From: Alphaproteobacteria bacterium
GTDB lineage: Bacteria; Pseudomonadota; Alphaproteobacteria; UBA828
Reading direction: 5' to 3'
Assembly: GCA_965220745.1 (NCBI GenBank)
Contig: CBDCQT010000011.1
Location: 608,523-672,522 of the forward strand
DNA: 64,000 bases
Shown here: piece by piece, positions 1 to 11,032 of the stretch
Numbering within the stretch: position 1 is the stretch's first letter
How the letters are laid out: each line of letters begins with the position of its first letter
Program-made: the position numbers and the translations under genes
The notes under the pieces: model-generated
What the model was told of the DNA's origin: nothing
Database searches by the model: none
What the model saw: only the letters and a program-made list of their open reading frames with translations

Positions 1-1134
1 GAGTTTGGCGAAGGCCGACTGGATCAGGTTGATGATCATGTCGGTCATGTTGGTGGTGGCGACCGAGCAGCTATGCGGGAAGCGCGGGATGCCGACCACG
101 CAGTTCTCCCGGAGCAGCACTTCGAGCCGGCGGAAGCTGCCCGCGTTGTGCGGAATGTCGGAGTCGAGGCAGGCAAAGACAGCCTGGGCCGCCGCCATTG
201 TGGAGGTGACGCGGGTGAGGTTCATGCCGGCGTCCACGCAATCGGGATTGTCGCGCAGATCGACCGTGATGAAGCCGGCCTCGCCGTCGATGTCGATGGT
301 CACCTTGATCGGGATGCCGTCGGGCAGGAACGGCTGGATCGGGTCGTGGCAGCCCTCGTTCTCAAGCCGCCCGCTGGGCAGCGCCCGGATCGACTCCCTG
401 GCGCGCCGCTCCGAATAGTCGAGCCATTCGCCAATGAAGGCCCTGACCGCCTGGGCGCCGTACTTCTCGATGAACTCCTTGAGCCGCCGCTCGCCGATTC
501 GCGCCGCCCCGATGGCCGCGAGGTAATCGCCGAACCACTGGTCGGGCACCCGGATGCGGCGCCGGCACATGCGGATGATGTCGTCGATATCGCGATAGTC
601 GCTCTGCACCTGGACGCAGGGGAAGATCAGCGCGCCCTCGTGATAGACGTCGGTGGCCGCGGCGAAGTAGGTGGTCGGCTGGCTGTTGCCCACGTCCGCC
701 TGGTGGGCCTTGATGCCCACCGTGAAGAAATGCTCGCCCTCGTGGAACACCGGCACCAGGATCGTGTGGTCGGCCGCGTGGCTGTTGCCACCGTAAGGGT
801 CGTTGTCGAGGAACGCATCGCCCTCGCGGAAATCCGGGTGCCTCTCGCTCATGATGGTGGTCTGGATGTTCATGCCGAAGACGTGGATCGGCATGGCCTC
901 GGCGGTGGCCAGCACCTCGTGGTCCGAGGTGATGATGCCGCACGAAAAATCCCGCGCGATGCCGATGACGGCCGAGCGCGCGCTGTGCAGCACGGTGTTG
1001 GTCATCTCGCGGCAGATCGCATCCATGCGATTGGCCATGACCGCGAGGTTGAGGGCGCTCAGGCGCTCCTCGGTCTCGGCCGCAGCGGTGGCGGCGGGTA
1101 CGGCGGCGGATGCGGCAAGCGATGAGTCGTCCAT
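1..1134 (-). CDS. Hydantoinase B/oxoprolinase family protein (partial, runs off window start)
   Basis: Manual minus-strand translation from ATG at 1134 is open to base 1: NRMDAICREMTNTVLHSARSAVIGIARDFSCGI...MPIHV...NDPYGGNSHAADHT...KAHQADVG. Missing from the ORF track because no stop lies inside the window. Confidence 0.85.
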   Translation of the reverse strand, partial: MDDSSLAASAAVPAATAAAETEERLSALNLAVMANRMDAICREMTNTVLHSARSAVIGIARDFSCGIITSDHEVLATAEAMPIHVFGMNIQTTIMSERHPDFREGDAFLDNDPYGGNSHAADHTILVPVFHEGEHFFTVGIKAHQADVGNSQPTTYFAAATDVYHEGALIFPCVQVQSDYRDIDDIIRMCRRRIRVPDQWFGDYLAAIGAARIGERRLKEFIEKYGAQAVRAFIGEWLDYSERRARESIRALPSGRLENEGCHDPIQPFLPDGIPIKVTIDIDGEAGFITVDLRDNPDCVDAGMNLTRVTSTMAAAQAVFACLDSDIPHNAGSFRRLEVLLRENCVVGIPRFPHSCSVATTNMTDMIINLIQSAFAKL

Positions 1135-1270
1135 GGCGTGACACGCCTTCGTCGGTCTGGCCTAGGCGGCAAGCTTAGCACGTTGTGCCGGCGCCCCGCC
1201 CGCAGCGCTCCAAACAGCTCCGGCTCCGCGACTCTTGGGTGGCGCGCCCTTTCGGCGCGACGGCTTGTAG

Positions 1271-2524
<1,254 letters not shown>

Positions 2525-2651
2525 TTTCGCCCTGAGCGCCGCTCACGCAGCGTTGAGTTGCCGTGAGCGGCCGCCGGTGCCATTTCTCTCTGCAAGAGCC
2601 CCGCGCGTGGGCGCAGGGCAGAACGCAACTGGCATTCGCGGAGGGCCTTCG

Positions 2652-3644
2652 ATGCTGATCAAGATCAAGCGCGGCTGGGAGCTGCCGGACTCCGCCGCAA
2701 CTCCAGAATCGGTGTTCATGAACCGGCGCACGCTGCTCAAGGGGCTCGCCACCGGCCCGCTGCTCGCGGCGGGCGCCGCGGTGCCGTTCGCGGGCGGCCT
2801 CGGCTCGGCGCTGGCGGACGAGGAGCAGGAAGACCCCTCGGCCCACCTCTATCCGGTCGAGCAGAACCCGGCCTACACCCTTGACCGGCCGCTTACGCCG
2901 GAGGACTTCGCCACCACCTACAACAACTACTACGAGTTCGGCTCCTACAAGGAGATTTGGCAAAAGGCCCAGGCGCTCAAGATCCGGCCCTGGACGGTCG
3001 AGTTCGACGGGCTGGTGGAAGAGCCGATGACCATCGGCATTGACGATCTGCTGGCGAAGATGCCGCTGGAGGAGCGCCTCTACCGCCACCGCTGCGTCGA
3101 GGCGTGGTCGATCGCCGTGCCCTACAGCGGCTTCCCGCTCAAGGCGCTCGTCGATTTCGCGCGGCCCCTCGGCGATGCCAAGTATCTGGTCATGCAGACC
3201 TTCGAGGACGACGACGTGGCCGAAGGCCAGCGGCAGTTCTGGTATCCCTGGCCCTACATCGAGGGCCTGACGATGGCCGAGGCCACCAACGAGCTCTCCT
3301 TCATCGCCACCGGCTACTACGGCAAGCCGATCCCGAAGCAGAACGGCGCACCGCTGCGCCTCGCCGTGCCGTGGAAGTACGGCTTCAAACACATCAAGGG
3401 CATCGTCCGCTTCAGCTTCACGGACGAGCGGCCGGTCTCCTTCTGGGAGGACCTCGCGGGCAACGAGTACGGCTTCTGGGCCAACGTCAATCCGCAGGTG
3501 CCGCACCCGCGCTGGAGCCAGGCCAACGAGCGCTTCTACGGGCCCGACGGGCAGGAGCGCCGCCCGACATTGCTCTACAACGGTTACGGTGAGCAGGTCG
3601 CCTCGCTCTACGACGGCATTGAGAACGAGTTGATCTTCATGTAG
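2652..3644 (+). CDS. msrP: Protein-methionine-sulfoxide reductase catalytic subunit MsrP (YedY)
   Basis: Tat motif NRRTLLK, YNNYYEFG, RHRCVEAWS (Mo-ligand Cys), QNGAPLRL, PWKYGFK, EYGFWANVNP. Confidence 0.93.
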   Translation: MLIKIKRGWELPDSAATPESVFMNRRTLLKGLATGPLLAAGAAVPFAGGLGSALADEEQEDPSAHLYPVEQNPAYTLDRPLTPEDFATTYNNYYEFGSYKEIWQKAQALKIRPWTVEFDGLVEEPMTIGIDDLLAKMPLEERLYRHRCVEAWSIAVPYSGFPLKALVDFARPLGDAKYLVMQTFEDDDVAEGQRQFWYPWPYIEGLTMAEATNELSFIATGYYGKPIPKQNGAPLRLAVPWKYGFKHIKGIVRFSFTDERPVSFWEDLAGNEYGFWANVNPQVPHPRWSQANERFYGPDGQERRPTLLYNGYGEQVASLYDGIENELIFM

Positions 3645-3670
3645 CGCCGGCGCGACAGAGCATCGCGCGG

Positions 3671-3708
3671 AGGCCGCTCTGACCATTGGTCAGGGCGGCT
3701 TTCCTTTT
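3671..3708 (+). terminator. Rho-independent terminator after msrP
   Basis: gccgctctgacc-att-ggtcagggcggc stem followed by tttcctttt. Confidence 0.7.
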
Positions 3709-3737
3709 GCTATGGGCGCGTAACCCTCTTTTTTGAT

Positions 3738-4916
3738 TCAGGCTGAATCGAACTCGTTGTCGTGGCGCTCGATGTAGCGGACGATCCGCTCCAGCCCCTC
3801 GCGCAGGGCCTCGTGCGAATGGGCGAAGCAGAGCCGGAAATGCTCCTCGTTGCCGGGGCCGAAGGTGTAGCCCGGCGCGATGCCGACGTCCTCCTCTGCG
3901 AGCACGCCCTCCACGAACGCGAGGCTCGACGAGAGCCCCCGCACGCGCGGAAAGGCATAGAACGCGCCCTGCGGCTCCGTGAGTTCGATGCGCGGGCAGC
4001 GCCCCAGCACCTCGGTCACGATCTCCCGTCCCCTAGCGTACTGATCGCGTAGCCGGACGACCGTCTCCTCGCCCCGCTCCAGCGCCGTGATCGCGGCCTG
4101 CTGCACGAATACGGTCGCCCCGGTGTTGAAACATTCGGAGAGGATTGCCCACGTCTCGGCGTGCCGGCTCGGCGCGACCACCCAGCCGACCCGCCACCCG
4201 GTCATGGCCCAGGCCTTGGAGAACCCGCTCACGACGATGACCGGATCGTCGTCGCGTGCCAGCGTCATGAAGGAGGGCGCGACTTCGCCGTCATAGACGT
4301 TGCGATGGTAGACCTCGTCCGCGATCAGGAGGATGTTCCGCTCCCGGCAGAGAGCGAGCAGCTCGGCCTGCTGCTCGGCGGGCATCACCCAGCCGGTCGG
4401 GTTGCAGGGGGAGTTGACGAAGAGCGAGCGGGTGCGCGGTCGCAGCGCCGCGCGGATGTCGTCGAGATCGAGCTGCCATCCGGCCTCCGATCGCCGCTGG
4501 TTCACATACGTCACCTCGGCGCCGGTCGCCCGGTAGGTGCTCTCGATGTTGGGCCAGACCGGGCCGATGATGATCGCGTGATCGCCGGTGGTCAGCGCCA
4601 TCTGCGCGGCGATGGTGATGCCGAGCATGGTCGCGCCCGGCACGGTGATCCGGTCGGGATCGAGATCGATCCCGTAGAGGGCGTCAAGGTAGCGCTTCAG
4701 CGCGTCGCGCAGCGCCTGCTTGCCGCGGGTGTGGGTGTAGAAGGTGTCGCCCGCATCCAGCGCCTCCTTGGCCGCAGCGCGAATGAACTCGTCGGTCACG
4801 GCATCGCCCTCGCCGAACCAGAGCGCGATCACCTTGGGGTCGCCGATGCGGGTCAGGGCGACGCGGGTAATCCCGTTCTGCTCCAGGGCGGCGATTTCGG
4901 GGCGGAGGAAATCCAT
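3738..4916 (-). CDS. PLP-dependent aminotransferase class I/II
   Basis: LWFGEGD, NSPCNPTG, ADEVY, FSKAWAMTGWRVG. Confidence 0.88.
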   Translation of the reverse strand: MDFLRPEIAALEQNGITRVALTRIGDPKVIALWFGEGDAVTDEFIRAAAKEALDAGDTFYTHTRGKQALRDALKRYLDALYGIDLDPDRITVPGATMLGITIAAQMALTTGDHAIIIGPVWPNIESTYRATGAEVTYVNQRRSEAGWQLDLDDIRAALRPRTRSLFVNSPCNPTGWVMPAEQQAELLALCRERNILLIADEVYHRNVYDGEVAPSFMTLARDDDPVIVVSGFSKAWAMTGWRVGWVVAPSRHAETWAILSECFNTGATVFVQQAAITALERGEETVVRLRDQYARGREIVTEVLGRCPRIELTEPQGAFYAFPRVRGLSSSLAFVEGVLAEEDVGIAPGYTFGPGNEEHFRLCFAHSHEALREGLERIVRYIERHDNEFDSA

Positions 4917-5010
4917 GACCATCACCCGTGCTATGGCGGCTGCACTCTATCGACCCCGGCCCGAACGGGGGACTGGGCTGGACCGGGGAGGCCTCATCGC
5001 GCGTGCCGCA

Positions 5011-5170
5011 TAAAAGGAAGGCCGGGTCCGAAGACCCGGCCAGTCTAACAGGGAGGCTTCACGTCTAGGAGACGTGGGATCCGAGGATCCCCTTCAGGCC
5101 TTGCACCTGAAGACGACAAACCGGGGTGGGCACCCCGGCTAATCCTCGTCGCATGACGCACGCGTCATGC
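5011..5170 (-). ncRNA. Putative AbcR/alpha-r15/BjrC1505-like small RNA
   Basis: Series of hairpins (ccggggtg/caccccgg; gggatcc-tc-ggatccc; cacgtct-cct-agacgtg), single-stranded anti-SD GCCUCCCUG, and terminator ggccgggtc-ttcg-gacccggcc-ttcctttt. Lies directly downstream of the trxB-linked LysR, the known AbcR position. Family assignment is from memory. Confidence 0.7.
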
Positions 5171-5222
5171 TGCGGCGCAATATGTAATCGTGCCGAAACA
5201 AATGTGCTAGGGCATGGGAAGC

Positions 5223-5235
5223 AAACCAGCCATGC
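5223..5235 (-). promoter_or_regulatory. Putative LsrB/VtlR binding site upstream of the sRNA
   Basis: Minus strand GCATGGCTGGTTT fits the GCAT-N3-TG-N3-T motif I recall for VtlR/LsrB. A CATATT -10-like element lies at ~5179-5184. Confidence 0.5.
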
Positions 5236-5259
5236 GTTTAGTTCATGGCTACGGGCGTA

Positions 5260-6150
5260 TCAGGAGCGCCACTTGGCCACCTCGGAGAGCAGAAAGTCGC
5301 GGAAAACCCCGATTCTCTTGGAGTATCGCAACTCCTCGGCGTAGGTGAAGAAGGCTTCGAAAGGCGGACCCTGGAGATCCGGCAGCACGCGCTGGAGCCG
5401 CTGGCTGCCCCAGGCCACGTAGTCAGGCAACGCGGCGATCCCGAGGCCGCTCTCCACGGCTTCGCGCATGCAATAAATGTTGTTCGCTTCCAAAACGATG
5501 CGGCCGTCGGCCGTCGGATTGCCCGAAATGCCGATCAGCCAGTCCGGGTTGGCGATGGGGGTGAGCGGCCCCTGGCCATAGATGATCAGGCGCTGGCGGG
5601 CGAGGTCGTCCACCGTCTCGATCGGCCCGAAGCGGGCCAGATAGTCCGGCGAGGCGTAGATGTACGAATAGACGGTCATCAGGTGACGGCGGACGAGATC
5701 GGGCTCGGTCGGTTCGATCATGCGGATCGCCACGTCCGCCTCACGCATGGCGAGGTCCAGCAGGTTGTCCGAGGTCAGCAGGGTGATCTTGATCTCCGGA
5801 TAAAGGCTGTTGAAGGCGGGAATCCGGGGTGTCAGCCAGACCGAGGCGAAGGAGACCGTCGTCGTGATCTTCAGTGGGCCAGAGGGCCGGTCGCGGGCGT
5901 CGGTGATCTGCGCCTCGGTCATCGCGAGCTTGGCCGAGACCTCGCGGACCGTGCGGTAGAGCGCCTCGCCCTGTTCGGTCAGTAGCAGGCCGCGCGAGTG
6001 GCGGTGGAACAGGACCGCGCCGAGGCTCTTTTCCAGCGCCGCGATCTGGCGGCTCACCGCCGACTGGCTGAGCTCCAGTATGTCGCCGGCGCGGGTGAAG
6101 CTGCCGTGCTCAGCGACCGTCTGGAATATTCGTAGCCGGTTCCAATCCAT
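5260..6150 (-). CDS. lsrB: LysR-family regulator, LsrB/VtlR-like
   Basis: MDWNRLRIF...GSFTRAG...LSQSAVSRQI HTH; LFHRHSRGLLLTEQGE; C-terminal EELRYSKRI.VFRDFL. Immediately downstream of trxB. Confidence 0.8.
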   Translation of the reverse strand: MDWNRLRIFQTVAEHGSFTRAGDILELSQSAVSRQIAALEKSLGAVLFHRHSRGLLLTEQGEALYRTVREVSAKLAMTEAQITDARDRPSGPLKITTTVSFASVWLTPRIPAFNSLYPEIKITLLTSDNLLDLAMREADVAIRMIEPTEPDLVRRHLMTVYSYIYASPDYLARFGPIETVDDLARQRLIIYGQGPLTPIANPDWLIGISGNPTADGRIVLEANNIYCMREAVESGLGIAALPDYVAWGSQRLQRVLPDLQGPPFEAFFTYAEELRYSKRIGVFRDFLLSEVAKWRS

Positions 6151-6178
6151 GGCAGCGCCTCCGGCGCCGCGCCGGTGC

Positions 6179-7147
6179 TCACGCCGCGGCGGCGGCCTCC
6201 GGCGTCTCGGCCTCCGCGAGAAACTTCTCGGCCTCCAGCGCGCCCATGCAGCCGGTGCCGGCGGCAGTTACCGCTTGCCGAAACACCTTGTCCTGCACGT
6301 CGCCGGCGGCGAACACGCCCGGCACGTTGGTCTTCGTGCTGTCCGCCATCGTCTGAATGTAGCCCTCGTCGTCCATCGTAAGCTGGCCGGCGAAGAGTTC
6401 GGTGTTGGGCCGATGCCCGATGGCGATGAACACGCCCGCGAGCGGGATGCGCTGCACCGCATCGGTCTTGACGTGGCGCACCGCGATTCCCGTCACCGTC
6501 GGCGGCTCGCTCTCGCCCTCGATCTCGTTCAGCACGTGGTCCCACAGAACCTCGATCTTGTCGTTTCGGAACAGGCGGTCCTGCAGGATCTTTTCGGCCC
6601 TGAGCGCATCGCGGCGGTGGACGAGGGTGACCTTGCTCGCGTGGTTGGTGAGGTAGAGCGCCTCTTCGACGGCGGTGTTGCCGCCGCCGATCACCGCGAC
6701 CTCCTTGCCGCGGAAGAAGAATCCGTCGCATGTCGCACAGGCCGATACGCCGAAGCCCATGAAGCGTTGCTCGCTCTCCAGGCCCAGCCACTTCGCCTGC
6801 GCGCCCGTGCAGATAATGACGGTGTCGCCGATGTAGACATCGCCGGAATCGCCGGTGCAGACAAAGGGCCGCTTGCTGAAGTCCACGGCGGTCACCATGT
6901 CGTGGACCAGCCGCGTGCCCACTGCCGCAGCCTGGCCCGCCATCTGCTCCATGAGCCACGGTCCCTGGATGATGTCGGCGAAGCCCGGATAGTTCTCGAC
7001 ATCGGTGGTGATGGTGAGTTGACCGCCGGGCTCGAGGCCCTGGACCATGATCGGCTCGAGGTTGGCGCGCGCGGCGTAGATCGCCGCTGAGTAGCCGGCA
7101 GGGCCGGAGCCAATGATCACGACCTTGCTGCGGTGGGTCGTCGCCAT
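6179..7147 (-). CDS. trxB: Thioredoxin reductase
   Basis: IIGSGPAGY, SACATCDG redox CxxC, GGGNTAVEEA, AAGDVQD, RQAVTAAG. Confidence 0.96.
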   Translation of the reverse strand: MATTHRSKVVIIGSGPAGYSAAIYAARANLEPIMVQGLEPGGQLTITTDVENYPGFADIIQGPWLMEQMAGQAAAVGTRLVHDMVTAVDFSKRPFVCTGDSGDVYIGDTVIICTGAQAKWLGLESEQRFMGFGVSACATCDGFFFRGKEVAVIGGGNTAVEEALYLTNHASKVTLVHRRDALRAEKILQDRLFRNDKIEVLWDHVLNEIEGESEPPTVTGIAVRHVKTDAVQRIPLAGVFIAIGHRPNTELFAGQLTMDDEGYIQTMADSTKTNVPGVFAAGDVQDKVFRQAVTAAGTGCMGALEAEKFLAEAETPEAAAAA

Positions 7148-7293
7148 GCGCGTCTCCCGTCAAGGCCGGCGCGGGCGCCGGCAGCAAGAGTGACAAACAT
7201 AGGGGCGGCCACGGCGCCCGTTCAAGGGTTGGCCCTGCATGTGGACCGATTCTCGACCCGGTGGCGCCCGAGAGCCGCGTGCCCGCCCGCCCG

Positions 7294-8220
7294 TCACCCG
7301 CTGCGCGCGAAGCTCTCGCGCCGCGTCATCACCGGCACCGCGAGTGCTGCGATGACCAGACCGAGTGCGCTGAACTCGCTCCAGCCCAGCGGCTCGCCCA
7401 GGATCAGGGCTCCACTGAAAAGCCCCACCATCGGGATTCCCAGGGTGCCCACGGTCGCCACCCCGGTCGGGAACATCCGCACGATCTCATAGTAGATGTA
7501 GTAGCAGATCACGAACGGCGCGAAGACGTTGTAAATCACCGAAACCAGCGGCCAAAGCGACGGGAATTGCACCGTGTCGGCGTCCACCACGGCCGCTGCC
7601 ACGAAGATCGGCAAGCCGCAGATCAGGCATTGCCAGCCGACCAGCACCCACATGGAGACTTGCCAATCGGTGCGCTTGAGCGCGACAGTGCCGCAGGCCC
7701 AGCCGACGGCGCCCACCAGCACCAGGAGCGGCCCCAGTGGTGCGGCGCTGAGGGTCTGGGCGTCGGTCGCGATCAACACCCCCAACCCGGCAGAGCCCAG
7801 CGCGAGCGCGCTCAGTCGCCGCCAGCCCGGTCGCTCGCCGAGCACGAAATAGCCCACCGGGACGGTCCAGATCGGCATCGTGTAGGCGATGATCGAGGCA
7901 CGGCCGGAGGTCGTGTAGACGAGGCCGAATCCGGTCGCGAGGTGCCAGACGGTGATGTTGAAGAACCCGGTGATCAGGAGCGGCCGCCACTGCCGGCGCG
8001 GCACTTTGATCGAGCGACCGATCGCGCAGTGGAGGGCAATGATGACCAGGCCTGCGAAGAAGAGGCAGGTTCCGCGGAAGGTGAGGACCGGCAGCTCATT
8101 GAGCGCGAGCTTGAGCATCGGCCAGTTGACGCCCCACAGCAGCGTCAGCGCTGCCAGAAGAACGAAGCCCCGGCGCGGTAGCGGCTCGGTGCTGCCGGGG
8201 GAGGTCGCCGCGTCCGTCAT
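7294..8220 (-). CDS. DMT/EamA family transporter
   Basis: About 10 hydrophobic segments, LWGVNW, LGERP and ILGEPL repeats. Confidence 0.85.
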   Translation of the reverse strand: MTDAATSPGSTEPLPRRGFVLLAALTLLWGVNWPMLKLALNELPVLTFRGTCLFFAGLVIIALHCAIGRSIKVPRRQWRPLLITGFFNITVWHLATGFGLVYTTSGRASIIAYTMPIWTVPVGYFVLGERPGWRRLSALALGSAGLGVLIATDAQTLSAAPLGPLLVLVGAVGWACGTVALKRTDWQVSMWVLVGWQCLICGLPIFVAAAVVDADTVQFPSLWPLVSVIYNVFAPFVICYYIYYEIVRMFPTGVATVGTLGIPMVGLFSGALILGEPLGWSEFSALGLVIAALAVPVMTRRESFARSG

Positions 8221-8693
8221 CGGCGAGAGCGGTCGCGGGTGCGGCCGAGCGTGCTCCGGAAGCGGCCACTTGAGCCATATCCCAGGCCAGCCAGAGGCGG
8301 ACGGGCGCGGTCGGCCCGTGATGCTGTTGCATCGGTCACGTCAGCCCCTGTCCTCTTCTCCCGGCTCGAAAGGTCCGGGGATGCGCCCGCTGTCCCGTTG
8401 CGGCCATCATCCCGTTCCGGTCGGCCGGCCTCAAGGGCGGCGCTTCGACAGGCACAGTCGTGCGTCGCAGAGTAGATACCGACAAGCACCTTTCACGTTA
8501 TCGCTATAACGTATAGCGCAACCGAATAAGCATAGCCGCCCCAACTCTTTTTCTTGTTCGTGGCCATTTTGGTGCCTAGACTGCCGTCCCGACGCGCGCT
8601 TGGCGGGCGGGCGATAATCGCGGACCCCCGTAGCATCTGCGAGTTGTTCGTGGCGGGCGCGTGCGGCAACCATAAGTCAGACTGGAGGACGGG

Positions 8694-9725
8694 ATGAGCT
8701 TCAAGAAGATCGCCGGCGCCATTGCGGTGGCCGGCGCGCTGGTGGCCGCGGGCGCGGTTCCGGGCCAGGCAGCGACACTCGACGACGTGAAGGCCGCAGG
8801 CACGCTCAAGTGCGGCATCAACACCGGCCTGCCGGGGTTCGCCTACACCGATGACGCGGGCAATTGGACCGGCTTCGACGTGGCTTATTGCCGGGCGATG
8901 GCTGCCGCCGTTCTGGGCGACGCCAACGCAATTTCCTTCGTCAACCTGACCGGCAAGACCCGCTTCCCGGCGCTGGCATCGGGCGAGATCGACGTGTTGT
9001 CGCGCAACACGACCTGGACCTATTCGCGCGATGTCGACCTCGGCTTCACCTTCGTCGGCGTCAACTACTATGACGGCCAGGGCTTCATCGGCCGCACGGC
9101 GCTCGGTATCAGCAGCGCCACCGAGCTCGACGGCGCCTCGGTCTGCATCCAGACCGGCACGACTACCGAGCTCAACCTCGCGGACTTCTTCCGCGTCAAC
9201 GGCATCACTTACGAGCCGGTGCCGATCGAGACCAACGCAGAGGCCCGCGCGGCTTACGAGGCGGAGCGTTGCGACGTCTACACGACGGACGCGTCCGGTC
9301 TGGCGGCAACGAAGACGACCTTCGACGATCCGAGCGCGCACATGGTGTTCCCGGAGATCGTCTCGAAGGAGCCGCTGGGTCCGTTGGTGCGCCAGGGCGA
9401 CGACCAGTGGGCGGACATCGCGCGCTGGACGCTGAACGCGCTGATCACGGCCGAGGAGCTCGGCGTGACCCAGGCGAATGTCGAGGAGATGGCCGCAGCC
9501 GCTGGCGATCATCCTGAGATCAACCGGATGCTCGGCACGGAGGGCTCTCTCGGCGAGATGCTGGGCCTCGATGCGCAGTGGGCGGTTCGGGCGATCGCGG
9601 CGGAAGGTAACTACGCCGAGATCTTCGACCGCTATATCGGCCCCGACAGCCCGCTCGGACTGGGGCGTGGCCTGAATGCGCTGTACACGGATGGCGGCAT
9701 CCTCTATTCGCCTCCGTTCCGTTAG
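8694..9725 (+). CDS. aapJ: General L-amino acid ABC transporter substrate-binding protein
   Basis: Signal peptide, GFDVAYCRA, DVLSRNTTWT, YYDGQGF, SKEPLGP, GNYAEIF, YSPPFR. RBS ggagga. Confidence 0.92.
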   Translation: MSFKKIAGAIAVAGALVAAGAVPGQAATLDDVKAAGTLKCGINTGLPGFAYTDDAGNWTGFDVAYCRAMAAAVLGDANAISFVNLTGKTRFPALASGEIDVLSRNTTWTYSRDVDLGFTFVGVNYYDGQGFIGRTALGISSATELDGASVCIQTGTTTELNLADFFRVNGITYEPVPIETNAEARAAYEAERCDVYTTDASGLAATKTTFDDPSAHMVFPEIVSKEPLGPLVRQGDDQWADIARWTLNALITAEELGVTQANVEEMAAAAGDHPEINRMLGTEGSLGEMLGLDAQWAVRAIAAEGNYAEIFDRYIGPDSPLGLGRGLNALYTDGGILYSPPFR

Positions 9726-9736
9726 AATCAACGATG

Positions 9737-9780
9737 TCACCGTCCCGCCCGCGCGACCGGGCGGGACGGTGATTCTTTCT
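9737..9780 (+). terminator. Intercistronic stem-loop / partial terminator after aapJ
   Basis: 14-bp perfect stem tcaccgtcccgccc/gggcgggacggtga followed by ttctttct. Confidence 0.65.
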
Positions 9781-9841
9781 GATCAGTGCTTATTTGAGAC
9801 AAGAGAGATTGTTCCGTTGACGTGAGGAGGGCGCCGCCACC

Positions 9842-11032
9842 GTGAGCGAGAGACCGGCGCCTCCACGCGGCGGCGGCTTCGACATAAGCCGCGCCTGGAC
9901 CGACGAGCGCGCCCGCGGCGTCATCTTTCAAATTCTGATCGTGCTCGGGGTGGCAGGCCTTGCCGCCTTCATCGTTATCAACACGATCACGAACCTTAGA
10001 GAAGCCGGCCTCTCCTCCGGCTACGGCTTCCTCTTCGACACCGCCAACTTCGATATCAACCAGCGCCTCCTCGATTACGCGTCGACCTCGACCTATGGGC
10101 AGGCATTCGTGGTCGGTGCGCTCAACACGATCCTCGTCGCCGTGATGGGCATCATCGCTGCGACGGTCATCGGCTTCGTCACGGGCGTCCTCAGGTTGTC
10201 CAACAACTTCCTGGTGAGCCGCATCGTTGGGGTTTGGGTCGAGTTCACCCGCAACGTCCCGGTCCTGCTGCAGATCATCTTCTGGTGGCTGATCATGCTG
10301 GCGCTGCCCAGGGTGAAGGACAGCATTTCGATCGGCGATGCAGCCTTTCTGAACAATCGCGGCATCTTCCTGCCCTCGCCCATCTTCGAGGACGGCTCGG
10401 CGATCGTGCTGGCGATGATCCTGATCGGTGTGATCGGGGCGGTCCTGGTCGGGCGCTGGGCCAGGAAACGCCAGGAGGCGACGGGCCGCACCTTCCCGGT
10501 CGGCTGGGTCGGGCTCGGGCTGATCGTGGGCATCCCCGTGATCGTCTATGTCGCCCTCGGCCAGCCGCTCGATTTCGACATCCCGGAGAAGAAGCGCTTC
10601 AATTTGAAGGGCGGCTTCAACATCACGCCGGAGCTGATAGCACTCTGGCTGGCGCTCTCCACCTATACCGGCGCCTTCATCTCCGAGATCGTGCGCGGCG
10701 GCATTCTCTCGGTCTCCAAGGGTCAGACCGAGGCGGCCGGCGCGCTCGGGCTGAGGCGCGGGCTGACCATGCGCAAGATCATCCTGCCGCAGGCGCTGCG
10801 GGTGATCATCCCGCCGATGACCAGCCAGTATCTCAACCTGACCAAGAACTCCTCGCTCGCTGTCGCCATCGGCTACCAGGATATCGTCTCCATCGGCGAT
10901 ACCATCCTCAACCAGAGCGGACAGGCGCTCGAGGTGATCTCCCTCTACATGGCGTTCTATCTGGTGTTGAGTCTGCTCACCTCCGCCTTCATGAACTGGT
11001 ACAACAAGCGCATCGCCCTGGTGGAACGATGA
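9842..11032 (+). CDS. aapQ: Amino acid ABC transporter permease
   Basis: RNVPVLLQI, EIVRGGI.SV.KGQTEAA (EAA loop), SQYLNLTKNSSLA. Confidence 0.9.
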   Translation: MSERPAPPRGGGFDISRAWTDERARGVIFQILIVLGVAGLAAFIVINTITNLREAGLSSGYGFLFDTANFDINQRLLDYASTSTYGQAFVVGALNTILVAVMGIIAATVIGFVTGVLRLSNNFLVSRIVGVWVEFTRNVPVLLQIIFWWLIMLALPRVKDSISIGDAAFLNNRGIFLPSPIFEDGSAIVLAMILIGVIGAVLVGRWARKRQEATGRTFPVGWVGLGLIVGIPVIVYVALGQPLDFDIPEKKRFNLKGGFNITPELIALWLALSTYTGAFISEIVRGGILSVSKGQTEAAGALGLRRGLTMRKIILPQALRVIIPPMTSQYLNLTKNSSLAVAIGYQDIVSIGDTILNQSGQALEVISLYMAFYLVLSLLTSAFMNWYNKRIALVER

